The translations under genes and the position numbers were made by a program. Under the pieces are notes generated by a model. It had not been told where the DNA came from. It did not search any database and saw only the letters and a program-made list of their open reading frames with translations. Shown one piece after another: positions 48,988 through 59,981 of a stretch of DNA of 64,000 bases (position 1 is its first letter; each line of letters starts with the position of its first letter). This stretch comes from Candidatus Aminicenantes bacterium (GTDB lineage Bacteria > Acidobacteriota > Aminicenantia > Aminicenantales > UBA4085), in assembly GCA_026393895.1 (NCBI GenBank), contig JAPKZG010000035.1, positions 607 through 64,606 on the forward strand, read 5' to 3'.

Positions 48988-50276
48988 GTGAATCAACCCT
49001 TCATCGTCCGATTTGCTCCGAGCCCGACGGGTTTTCTCCATCTGGGAAGCGCCCGGACGGCCTTGTTCAACTGGCTGGCGGCCCGAAGTTCCGGAGGCCG
49101 TTTTCTTCTCCGTGTGGAAGACACCGACAAGGTCCGTTCCGAGCAAAGGTTCTTGGATGAAATCCTCGAAGACCTGCGCTGGCTCGGCCTGGATTGGGAC
49201 GGTGAGCCGCTCTACCAGAGCCGCCGGTTTGACCTTTACCGGGAGAAGGCAGAATCGCTGGTTTCCTCCGGGCAGGCCTACCGCGAAGGCGAGGCGATTC
49301 TCTTTCGGGTCGTTCCCGGCCGGAAAATCGCCTATGACGACCTGATCCACGGTCGGATCGAAGTCGAGACGGAAAACATCAAGGACCAGGTCCTGATCAA
49401 ATCCGACGGGTCGCCCGCCTATAATTTCTGCTGCGTCGTCGACGACACGGAGCTCGGCATCACCCATATTCTCCGCGGCGACGATCATATTTCCAACACG
49501 CCCAAGCAAATTCTTTTTTATGAAGCGTTCGGCGTTACGCCGCCCCGGTTCGGCCACATGCCCCTGATTTTGGGGCCCGACGGGTCGAAACTCAGCAAGC
49601 GGCACGGCGGCGTGTCCGTGGCCGAGTACAAGGCCGAGGGATTTCTGCCGGAAGCCCTGGCCAATTACCTGATCTTTCTCGGTTGGACGCCGCCCGACGG
49701 CCGGGAAATCCTCGAACTCGGAGAGGCGGCGCGCCTCTTTTCCATTGACCGGATGAACGACGTTCAGGCGAAGTTCGACCTTGTGAAACTGAAATGGATG
49801 AACGGCGAATACATCATGAGCAAGGAGACTCCGACGCTCGTCCCGCTTCTCCGGGACCAGCTTCGCCGCGACGGGTTCGACTTCGAAACGGAGGAGGAGG
49901 GCCGCTGGGCCGCGATCGCCGACCTCTACAAAATCCGGATCAAGACGCTTCGCGAGTTCGGTTCGATGGTCGACTTCTTCTTCCGGGACGATTTTCCGGT
50001 CGATGAGGACGGCCGCAAGAAACATCCCGAGCCGCCCGAACGCAAGGCTCTCTTGGCCGACCTCGCCGCCCGGATCGAAGCCCTGCCGGAGTTTTCCGCC
50101 GAGACCTTGGAAGCGATGTACCGGGCGATGGCGGACGAAAAAAACATCAAGGCCTCCGAGCTCATCCATCCGACCCGCATGGCCGTCAGCGGCCGGACCA
50201 AAGGCGCGGGGCTGTTTGAAATCATGGCCGTTCTCGGACGCGAGACGGTCCTCCGCCGCCTGAAAAGGAACGCATC

Positions 50277-50280
<4 letters not shown>
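48988..50280 (+). CDS. gltX: Glutamate--tRNA ligase
   Basis: [36 protein letters not shown]; includes the anticodon-binding domain. Confidence 0.95.
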
Positions 50281-51983
<1,703 letters not shown>

Positions 51984-52010
51984 AACCGGCGCTTCCTTTA
52001 TTTCCCGGAT

Positions 52011-52054
52011 AATCAAAAGCCCCGCCCCCTAATCGGGGAGCGGGGCTTTTGATT
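52011..52054. terminator. Bidirectional intrinsic terminator between glnS and the M28 peptidase
   Basis: Perfect 15-bp inverted repeat AATCAAAAGCCCCGC / GCGGGGCTTTTGATT. Confidence 0.85.
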
Positions 52055-52088
52055 TTTAGGCGGGAAACCGCGCCCGCTTCGGCAGTTT

Positions 52089-53915
52089 TTATTTATCCGC
52101 GTAAGCGAAGGACGTCAGGTAACCGATCTGGCAGATCTTCGTGAACAGTTCGGCGTTGACTTTCTCGACGCTGTCGCTCGTCTGGTGATAATCCGAGGTC
52201 ATCGCGGCCATGTAGTAAACAAACGGGATCTTGACCGCGGCGAACGACGAATGGTCGGACCCGCCGAAACCCTCGCCGAGGGGGCTTTCCTCAAAGGCCA
52301 GGTCCAGGCCGACATACGCGTTCATTTCGCGGGATAAGGTGACGAAATCCGTCCCCCCCGTCAGGGTGACGTCGACGAAACGGTCCCCGCGGATCTTTTT
52401 TACCATGTCCTCGGCCCCCGGGACGTTGTACCGTCGGACGGCCCGGGCCAGAGCGGCCTCGTCGAACGACCGGCTGATCATGTCGTAATTCAGGTAGCCG
52501 ACGGTTTTTTCTATCGGAAAGAACGGGTTGGCGACGTAGTAGCGGGAACCGTACAACCCTTTTTCCTCTCCCGTCCAGAGGGCAAATAAAATCGTCCGTT
52601 TCGGCTTGATCGGGTTCTGGGCAATAGCTCTGGCAATGGCCAGGACGCCCGCCGAGCCGGAGCCGTTATCGTCGGCGCCGTTGAAGACGTAGTTTTCCCA
52701 CTTGCCGAGATGATCGAAATGAGCGCCGATGACGAAGCATTCGTTCTTGAGTTCCGGGTCGGAGCCTTCGATCAGGCCGAGCACGTTCGGGCTCTGCACG
52801 AGGGTCATATTAGAGGCGGTCGCCAGGGTCAATTTCGTCCCCGGGACACTGAGGGAGGCGGGCTTCATAGTCGTTTCGATCTTCTTCTTGAGATCGTCAA
52901 TGGTCTGTCCGGACCCCTCGAGAACGGCGTTGGCGATTTCCCGGGTGACGGTCACCGCGGGGCCGCCGCTCATGGGGCCCCTTTCCGAGTTGCCTTCGCC
53001 CGCGATCATGAAGCGCAGCCGCGGCTTGTCGATGATCGGCCGGTCGTCGGAGGGTTTTCGGATCTCGGAAAGCCCGCGGAAGATCTCCTTGTCCTTGTCG
53101 CCGTTGTCGACCAAGACGACGGCCGCGGCCCCGCGCTTAGTGATTTCATCGATCTTGTTGAAACGGGGGGGGCCGCCGCGGCGCATCATCATCTCAAATC
53201 CCGGGAACGTCGGGAAATACTTCTCTTTGAGTTCCTTGTTGGCCTGGAACGGGGATTGGGGATTGTTCTTGCCCGGGGCTTCGGTCAGAATCAGGACGAT
53301 TTTGCCCTTGAGGTCGAGGCCCTTGAGCTCGTCGAAACCGATCGACGGTTCGCTGATGCCGTAGCCGACGAAGACGACGGGCGCGGAGATCGATTCGGCC
53401 GCGCCGCCGCCGGGCGCGAAGTCGACGCCCCCGGTGAAAACTTTTGTTTTAAGGCTTGGGCCCTTGGCGACTTCGACCGTGATGGTGCTCCGGACGTCGG
53501 AAATTTCCTTGAAGGCGATGTTTTGGAAATAGGTCCGTTCGGGGGCGGGCGGAGGCGTCGCCCCGAGACGCCTCCGGAATCCGGGCGCCGGCGGGAAGTC
53601 ACCGGCCGGCTTGAGGCCCCACATTTTAAAAAGCGACGCGGCGTAATCGGCGGCCTGGGAGTATCCGGGAGTTCCCGTCTCCCGGCCTTCCATCCAATCG
53701 GAGGACAGATAGGCTAGCATCGCCATCGTTTCCTTCGGGGTGATGGATTCGAATCCGATTTTGTACTTGTCGGGGACTGGCCCGGGCTTATCCACGAGGC
53801 AGAGAGCCTTTTGGACGTCCTCGAGTTTCAGCGGGGGGGCTTGCGGCGGCATTTGCGCCTGTAGTGTAATGAAACCGGCGATCAGGATGATCGCTCCGGC
53901 GAGATGCCTCTTCAT
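52089..53915 (-). CDS. Secreted M28 family metallopeptidase with PA domain
   Basis: EGRETG, VFVGYG, IGAHFDH, GADDNGSG, WTGEEKG, SDH, YHQTSD. Confidence 0.9.
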   Translation of the reverse strand: MKRHLAGAIILIAGFITLQAQMPPQAPPLKLEDVQKALCLVDKPGPVPDKYKIGFESITPKETMAMLAYLSSDWMEGRETGTPGYSQAADYAASLFKMWGLKPAGDFPPAPGFRRRLGATPPPAPERTYFQNIAFKEISDVRSTITVEVAKGPSLKTKVFTGGVDFAPGGGAAESISAPVVFVGYGISEPSIGFDELKGLDLKGKIVLILTEAPGKNNPQSPFQANKELKEKYFPTFPGFEMMMRRGGPPRFNKIDEITKRGAAAVVLVDNGDKDKEIFRGLSEIRKPSDDRPIIDKPRLRFMIAGEGNSERGPMSGGPAVTVTREIANAVLEGSGQTIDDLKKKIETTMKPASLSVPGTKLTLATASNMTLVQSPNVLGLIEGSDPELKNECFVIGAHFDHLGKWENYVFNGADDNGSGSAGVLAIARAIAQNPIKPKRTILFALWTGEEKGLYGSRYYVANPFFPIEKTVGYLNYDMISRSFDEAALARAVRRYNVPGAEDMVKKIRGDRFVDVTLTGGTDFVTLSREMNAYVGLDLAFEESPLGEGFGGSDHSSFAAVKIPFVYYMAAMTSDYHQTSDSVEKVNAELFTKICQIGYLTSFAYADK

Positions 53916-54064
53916 GATGCGAACTCCTTCTTATAAATCAAACTTCAATATTATTATAGACGATCCGGCCCCGCGTTTCTTTCCTAATTTTAAAAAATCG
54001 AGGCCGGGCCCCCGGCCCCCTTGCCTCCGGAGGCCGCCTCGGATACAATACCGCCCGTTCCCGC

Positions 54065-54141
54065 GTGCCTGTAGCTCAGTTGGATAGAGCGACGGCCTCC
54101 GGAGCCGTAGGTCGCAGGTTCGAATCCTGTCAGGCACGCCA
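54065..54141 (+). tRNA. tRNA-Arg (anticodon CCG)
   Basis: Acceptor stem GTGCCTG/CAGGCAC, anticodon arm ACGGC-CTCCGGA-GCCGT, T-loop TTCGAAT, encoded CCA. Confidence 0.95.
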
Positions 54142-54150
54142 CCATAACGT

Positions 54151-55206
54151 ATGACCAGCAGAAAGCGACTCATCGCCGCCTTGACGGTCTTCCTTTTTGT
54201 CTTTGTCCTGGGAGCCGCCGGATTCAAGTTGCTCGGTGGTCCCGAATGGACGGTCCTCGACGCCGTCTATATGACCGTCATCACCGTGGCCACGATCGGT
54301 TACGGCGAAGTCCACGATTTAAGCGGTCATCCGGCCGCCCGGGTTTTCGCGGTCGTCTACATCATCCTTTGCCTGGGGACGATCGCCTTCGCCGTTTCCT
54401 CCATGACGGCGTTCGTCGTGGAGGGCGAGCTCCGAAATCTTTTGGGGAGACGTAAGATGGAAAAAGCCGTCGCCAAACTTACGAACCATTACATCGTCTG
54501 CGGAAGCGACGAGACCGCTCAAACGGTCGTTCAGGAGCTCCGACAGACGAAAAAGCCGTTCGTTATCGTCGATCCATCGGCCGAGCGCATCGAAAAAATA
54601 AAGGCGATGGGGGAAATCAATTGGGTCCAGGGCGATCCGTCCGAGGATGCCGCTCTCCAGAAAGCCGGTATCGGGCGGGCTCGGGGGATTCTCTGTTCGC
54701 TCCCGACCGACGAGGCCAATCTGTTCGTCGTCGTGACGGCCAAGAGCCTGAATCCCGCGATCCGGGTCGTGGCCAAGGGGATCGACGTCCGGTCGCATGA
54801 CAAAATGAAGAAGGCCGGGGCCGACAGCGTCATCTCGCCGACGTTCATCGGCGGGATGCGGATGGTCTCGGAGATGGTCCGTCCGGCTACGACCACCTTC
54901 CTCGACCTGATGCTCCGGGAACGGGACCGGATCCTGCGGTTCGACGAGGTGACGGTGCCCGCCGGATCGCCCCTGGCCGGGAAAACGATCGGCGAGGCGG
55001 ATCTAGAATCCCGAACCGGGGCGCTACTGGTTGCCCGGAGACGGGGCGGGGGGAAGGATTTCGAATTCAACCCCAGAAAGACGGCCGGGATCGAAGCCGG
55101 CGACGTCCTCGTCTTCATCGCCGCGCCCGAGATGATCGCGGGATTGGAAAAAATCGCCGGCGGGCCGGAAAACGGCCCGAAGGCGAGAAACCCGGCCTCC
55201 GCCTGA
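54151..55206 (+). CDS. TrkA-family potassium channel (ion-channel, RCK_N and RCK_C domains)
   Basis: [11 protein letters not shown] selectivity filter, HYIVCG, GDPS, TDEANL. Confidence 0.9.
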   Translation: MTSRKRLIAALTVFLFVFVLGAAGFKLLGGPEWTVLDAVYMTVITVATIGYGEVHDLSGHPAARVFAVVYIILCLGTIAFAVSSMTAFVVEGELRNLLGRRKMEKAVAKLTNHYIVCGSDETAQTVVQELRQTKKPFVIVDPSAERIEKIKAMGEINWVQGDPSEDAALQKAGIGRARGILCSLPTDEANLFVVVTAKSLNPAIRVVAKGIDVRSHDKMKKAGADSVISPTFIGGMRMVSEMVRPATTTFLDLMLRERDRILRFDEVTVPAGSPLAGKTIGEADLESRTGALLVARRRGGGKDFEFNPRKTAGIEAGDVLVFIAAPEMIAGLEKIAGGPENGPKARNPASA

Positions 55207-55218
55207 GCCTCCCGGCGT

Positions 55219-55247
55219 TTGACAACAGAAACCCTCTCGGCTACACT
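55219..55247 (+). promoter_or_regulatory. sigma70 promoter of tRNA-Lys
   Basis: TTGACA-N17-TACACT, ending 13 nt before the tRNA. Confidence 0.65.
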
Positions 55248-55260
55248 TAGCACCCTTGAT

Positions 55261-55333
55261 GGCCCGTTAGCTCAATTGGTAGAGCAGCGGACTCTTAATC
55301 CGCGGGTTGTAGGTTCAAGTCCTATACGGGTCA
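55261..55333 (+). tRNA. tRNA-Lys (anticodon CTT); CCA not encoded
   Basis: Acceptor stem GGCCCGT/ACGGGTC, anticodon arm GCGGA-CTCTTAA-TCCGC, T-loop TTCAAGT; followed by TCT. Confidence 0.93.
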
Positions 55334-55587
55334 TCTCCTTTTTTCCCTGAAAAGCCTGATAAATAAGGCATTTGCGCGGATTTCTTCCTCCGGTCTATTT
55401 CCGCCCGTTTTCCTTCAATTCCTGCCTATTCTCGGGAAAAGTCGACACTCCTTTAGTATAGAGTGGAAGAAATACAAGCCGTTTATGATAGCATAGGAGG
55501 AGCCTTGACAATTCTTTGTGAATAGTTGACTTCGTTTTTGTAGCTGGGATATACATAATTCAAGTGAATATTTTGCAGGAGCGAGCC

Positions 55588-55965
55588 ATGAAGCGAAATG
55601 AGGGAGTTTTTATAGCCTGCCTCTGCCTCATAATTGCTTCATGTAAAAGTCCATTCTCGTCGGCAGCGGCAAACCTGGTCTTGGACGGAAACTTAGTCGG
55701 AGTAATGACTAGTGATGGGCGTCCTGAATTTGATGGGGCTGTTATAAATACGGGGAATAATACGGCCTATTATTGTAAAGTCGTGCTCACCTGTTATTCC
55801 GACGAGGCCAAAACAACGCTCATTGACACGGCCATTGGATACCCCGCTAACCTTGGAGACATCCCGGCCGGTACAAGGGCGGTTTTTCAAGCCGTCGCTT
55901 TTAATTGCACGTCCCATGAGCAGATAAAGGCTATGACGGTAAATATCTCGTGGCTGGATAGGTAG
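55588..55965 (+). CDS. Lipoprotein, FxLYD-like domain
   Basis: Lipobox LIIASC; GAVINTGNNTAYYCKVVL.C.S...IPAG; AT-rich relative to the flanks. Confidence 0.6.
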   Translation: MKRNEGVFIACLCLIIASCKSPFSSAAANLVLDGNLVGVMTSDGRPEFDGAVINTGNNTAYYCKVVLTCYSDEAKTTLIDTAIGYPANLGDIPAGTRAVFQAVAFNCTSHEQIKAMTVNISWLDR

Positions 55966-56199
55966 ATAGGCATATAAAGCCTCCTGGCCCGTGTCGTAAG
56001 CAATGGCGATCCGGGGCTATTGAAGCGGGCCGTCGAGCGCCTAGGCAATATTCTTGATCCGACCCGGTAAAAAGTCGACACTCGATTTTTATCCTTGATT
56101 GGAAACGAAATGGACAATCCGGGTTCGTTCCCGGTTGACTTTTTTCTTTCGGATGAAAATAATGGGTCTATCTTTTAGGCTTTTATAGGAGGGAATTCC

Positions 56200-56550
56200 A
56201 TGGCTGAAGTCGAACTCCAACCGGGCGAAACGGAACTGGGCAAGTGGACGCTGAATCTCTGCCCGCACGGGGGAGGCCGCTATACGGGGCCCCTGACCGT
56301 GACCAATCAAAGGGTCCTTTTTTTATCGAAATTCGATACGTCGTTATCCGGGGCGATCGGGGAATTGATCGTTTACAAAGGCGACTACGGGTACGTGTCC
56401 ATTCCCAAGGACCAGATTCAAAAAGTGGACATCGTCGGCGGCTTTCTCAAGAAGAAAGTCGCGATCACGTTGACGAACGGAAACGTCCATACCCTGGATT
56501 ACGGCATGTTGAGCGTCGAGAAAATTGCCGAAGCCATCCGGCAAAGATAG
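56200..56550 (+). CDS. Small hypothetical protein (PH/GRAM-like)
   Basis: GGAGG RBS; G.LTVTNQRVLF and IP.DQI.KV...GGFL patterns. Confidence 0.65.
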   Translation: MAEVELQPGETELGKWTLNLCPHGGGRYTGPLTVTNQRVLFLSKFDTSLSGAIGELIVYKGDYGYVSIPKDQIQKVDIVGGFLKKKVAITLTNGNVHTLDYGMLSVEKIAEAIRQR

Positions 56551-56571
56551 AAACCGAAGCCCGGCGCCCGT

Positions 56572-58374
56572 TCAGTCCTTGACCCAATCTTTCCAGATCG
56601 CTTGTTGAAGAGGATCCGGATTCGTCATGGGGCGGATCTTCCAGGTCCTCTCCAGGCGATGCTCCAGGACGATTTCGACTTCGCGGACCACGCCGCCGCG
56701 TTCCACAGCGAGCTTGATCCGGCCTCCGGGTTTCAGCACTTTCAAGGCGTCGGTGAAGGCCGCGGCCGTCATCGAAACGCCGTTCAGCGATTTAATTTCG
56801 TCCGCCGCGGCGAGACCGGCCGTCCGGGCCGGAGAATCGGGTTCCGTCGCGGCGACGACAAGACGTCCGTCCTTGTCCTCGACGAGCGCGCCCAAAAAGG
56901 CGTCCGGCAGTTCCTTCGGCTTTTCAAATTCAAGTCCGGCGTAGGCGAAATACTTCGCGTAATCGACGTCTTTCGTCGTTGAGGCGTACCCGAACACTTC
57001 GGTGAGGGGAGCCCCTGCGGCCGCTTCGCAGACGGCCTGGAATTCCTCGTCCGTCCAGCCGCGCCCGAGTTCCTTGTAGAATTTCCGGTAAAGCGTCCGC
57101 ATCACCGAGTCGAGCGATTCCCGGTTTTTCGATTCGTGGCGGACGGCGAAATCCAGCAGGGCGCCCAGGACGGCGCCCTTGTCGTAGTAGGAGATCGTTT
57201 TGACGATCCCGGTTCCGCGTCCGCCGAACGGACCCTGGATCCAACTATCGAAGCTCGATTGGGTCGCGGATTGGAACAGCCGTCCGGTCTTGTTTTCATA
57301 GGAGGCGATGGTGTTGCCGATCTCCTTCAACATCTCCTCGTTCGTCGTCGCCCCGGCCCGGCGGAGCATCAGAAACTCGTAATAGGACGTGAACCCTTCC
57401 GAAACCCAGAGCATGTCGGTCAGGTTGGGTTTATCGTAGTCGAACGGGCCGAGAGCGATCGGCCGGATGCGCTTGACGTTGAAATTGTGGAAATATTCAT
57501 GGGCCAGGAAATTCAGCATCCGGATTTTTTTCTCCCGGGTGTTTCCCCCGCCGCCGCTGAACCCCATCGCCACGGAATTCAGGTGCTCGATCCCGCCCAT
57601 GCCGGGGCCGATGCCGAGGAAGGTGTAGTGCGTGTAGGGGACCTCGCCGATGACGTCGACGCCCGCTTCGATGACCGGCTTCAGGTCTTTCATGAATTGT
57701 TCGGGATCGGAGATCCCCAATTGATAGCCGACAAAATAATGGGGAACGCCGCGGATTTCAAACGGCGGCAGTTGGTCGAGATTCCCCAGGACGATCGGGC
57801 AGTCGTAGAGGGTGTCGAAGTCGGGGGCGGTAAACGTCGCGGGTTGGTCATCCGAAACCCGATCCAAACCGGTCGCGATCCCGCTCCATTTCGGGTTTTG
57901 GTGAATCGTGACGGTCACGGGATGCCGGATCCGGCCGGCCACGTACATGAACAATCCGACCGGGGCGATGTACCCCCGGTCCTCGTCCAGATAGTTGTGG
58001 GCGACGAACGGCGACGTCGCTAACACGTCGTAGGCCACGGTCATGGCGGCCGTCCGGCCGGAGACGACCCGCCAGCAGTTGTCGGTCGTTTTTTCCCAGG
58101 CGAGAGATTTTCCGTCGCCGTCTACGGCCCGGAAATTCAGCACGTTTCCGGCATAATCCTGGAGCCCGTAATATCCGGGCATCCAGACGGGGATCTTGAA
58201 ATCCAGGAGCTCGTCGGTCAGTCCCTCGCACCGGAACTCGACCCGGTAAAGATGCTCGGCAGGATTCAGGAAAACCGTGAAGGCCATCCGCGTTTCCGGA
58301 TTTTGTCCGAATCCCGACAAGGGAATCATCGCGAGAACTGCTAAAATCGCGATCGAGCGCGACCTGTTTACCAT
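56572..58374 (-). CDS. M61 glycyl aminopeptidase family protein with C-terminal PDZ domain
   Basis: PVWMPGYY, GGIEHLNS, AHEYFHNFNVKRIRP (HExxH), LWVSEGFTSY, SYYDKG, PDZ. Confidence 0.92.
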   Translation of the reverse strand: MVNRSRSIAILAVLAMIPLSGFGQNPETRMAFTVFLNPAEHLYRVEFRCEGLTDELLDFKIPVWMPGYYGLQDYAGNVLNFRAVDGDGKSLAWEKTTDNCWRVVSGRTAAMTVAYDVLATSPFVAHNYLDEDRGYIAPVGLFMYVAGRIRHPVTVTIHQNPKWSGIATGLDRVSDDQPATFTAPDFDTLYDCPIVLGNLDQLPPFEIRGVPHYFVGYQLGISDPEQFMKDLKPVIEAGVDVIGEVPYTHYTFLGIGPGMGGIEHLNSVAMGFSGGGGNTREKKIRMLNFLAHEYFHNFNVKRIRPIALGPFDYDKPNLTDMLWVSEGFTSYYEFLMLRRAGATTNEEMLKEIGNTIASYENKTGRLFQSATQSSFDSWIQGPFGGRGTGIVKTISYYDKGAVLGALLDFAVRHESKNRESLDSVMRTLYRKFYKELGRGWTDEEFQAVCEAAAGAPLTEVFGYASTTKDVDYAKYFAYAGLEFEKPKELPDAFLGALVEDKDGRLVVAATEPDSPARTAGLAAADEIKSLNGVSMTAAAFTDALKVLKPGGRIKLAVERGGVVREVEIVLEHRLERTWKIRPMTNPDPLQQAIWKDWVKD

Positions 58375-58474
58375 CGGCGTTTCCTCCGAAGGGGCGGCAT
58401 CCCCCGTTTTATAGGCGTTTTCGACGACCGTGTCAAAGATAGAAAGAGATTTTCGTTGACATCTGGGCCCCCGG

Positions 58475-58655
58475 GTTCTGAATTCCTGGTGGAATGGCGG
58501 GATTCGGCTTCACGTCAATCCGGCGGGCAGTTTCGTTTTAGGCGGCCCCTCGGCCGATTGCGGGGTAACGGGCCGCAAGATCATCTGCGACACCTACGGC
58601 AGCGCCGGCCGCCAAGGTCGAAATCCAGGTTGCCTAGGCCATCGGGAAGCCCGAC
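58475..58655 (+). pseudogene. metK: Remnant of S-adenosylmethionine synthetase (no start, deletion plus frameshift, TAG)
   Basis: 58508-58612 encodes [35 protein letters not shown]; 58611-58655, in another frame, encodes [14 protein letters not shown]. Confidence 0.85.
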
Positions 58656-58711
58656 CTGCCCTGGGAGGCGTGATGATACCGGACGTCGCCGGAATGGGGA
58701 TATTACAAAAA

Positions 58712-58740
58712 TTGACATATCCGACCGGATAGTTTATAAA
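58712..58740 (+). promoter_or_regulatory. sigma70 promoter with palindromic operator-like spacer
   Basis: TTGACA-N17-TATAAA; the spacer contains TATCCG-AC-CGGATA. Confidence 0.65.
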
Positions 58741-58838
58741 TCCGTACCTGTTTTACGTTGATCGGGTTTCCGGCCAAAAGACCGGACGAAATTTTGGACA
58801 ACACCTGATATCGATAAAAGTCGGAGGGAGAAGACGAC

Positions 58839-59918
58839 ATGGATCTTTTTGAGAAATGCCGGGAATTTTATTCAAATCCCGAGAGCGCCAAGAAATTCGG
58901 ATACCCGATGACGCCGCAGGCGGCTATGGCGTCCGGGCTCTTTCCCTTTTTCATTCCCATCGACCAGGCCGAAGGACCGGAAGCGATCATTCACGGCAAG
59001 CACTACATCATGATCGGTTCCAACAATTACCTCGGCCTCACGGTTCATCCCAAGGTCAAAGAAGCGGCCGTCGCCGCCGTCCGCAAGTACGGCACGAGCT
59101 GCACCGGGTCCCGGTTCCTCAACGGAACCCTTCATATGCACATCGAACTCGAGGAAAAATTGGCCGCCTTCGTCAGCCATGAAGCCGCCCTTGTCTACAG
59201 CACGGGCTTTCAGGTCAATATCGGCTCCATCCCCGCGGTCATGGACCAGAATGACATCATCGTCACCGACAAGGACGTCCACGCCAGCATCGTCGACGGC
59301 GTGCGGATGGCCAAGGTCCAAAAAAACACTCATACCCGTTATTTCAAGCATAACGACGCCGCCGATCTCGAAAAAATCTTGAAGAGCCTTCCGGCCGAGC
59401 CGGGCAAGCTCGTCATCATCGACGGGGTCTACAGCATGGGCGGCGACATCGCCCCGCTTCCCGAAATCGTCCGCGTCTGCAAGGCCTACGGCGCGCGCCT
59501 CTTTTGCGACGACGCCCACTCCCTCGGCGTCCTGGGCCGCGGCCGCGGGACGGGCGCCCATTTCGGGATGGAAAAGGACGTCGACCTGGTCATGGGGACG
59601 TTCAGCAAATCCTTCGCCTCCGTCGGCGGATTCGTCGCGGGCCCGAAGGAAGTGATTCTTCGGACGATGGGCTACAACATCGGGCCGAGCGAAACGCCGA
59701 TCATCCCGATCGTCATCGGCGATCAATTCAAGGCCATCAAGGCGTGGAAAGTGTTTTTCGACGAGGGCATTTACGCCAACGTCGCCCTTCCGCCGGCAGT
59801 CACGCCCGAATTTTCCTGCCTCCGGACGAGCTACATGGCCACCCATACCGATGCCCAGTTGGACCGGGTCCTGGAAGTGTTCGACAAGGTCAAACATCAG
59901 ATTCACATCGGCGAATAA
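58839..59918 (+). CDS. PLP-dependent alpha-oxoamine synthase (serine palmitoyltransferase / BioF / Kbl family) with apparent internal in-frame deletion
   Basis: GSNNYLGL, TGSRFLNG, HASIVDG, DGVYSMGGD, DDAHSLG, GTFSKS (PLP Lys); KEVI joins directly to LRTMGYNIG. Confidence 0.85.
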   Translation: MDLFEKCREFYSNPESAKKFGYPMTPQAAMASGLFPFFIPIDQAEGPEAIIHGKHYIMIGSNNYLGLTVHPKVKEAAVAAVRKYGTSCTGSRFLNGTLHMHIELEEKLAAFVSHEAALVYSTGFQVNIGSIPAVMDQNDIIVTDKDVHASIVDGVRMAKVQKNTHTRYFKHNDAADLEKILKSLPAEPGKLVIIDGVYSMGGDIAPLPEIVRVCKAYGARLFCDDAHSLGVLGRGRGTGAHFGMEKDVDLVMGTFSKSFASVGGFVAGPKEVILRTMGYNIGPSETPIIPIVIGDQFKAIKAWKVFFDEGIYANVALPPAVTPEFSCLRTSYMATHTDAQLDRVLEVFDKVKHQIHIGE

Positions 59919-59981
59919 AAAACCGACCCGATTGACTTCACCCGGCCGTTCTGTTATCTGATTTCCAGCGGAGGTTGATTC

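Noticed and set aside
56041-56100. attR duplicate of the tRNA-Lys 3' end
   Set aside because: No convincing copy of CCTATACGGGTCA was found, only a short GACCCG similarity.
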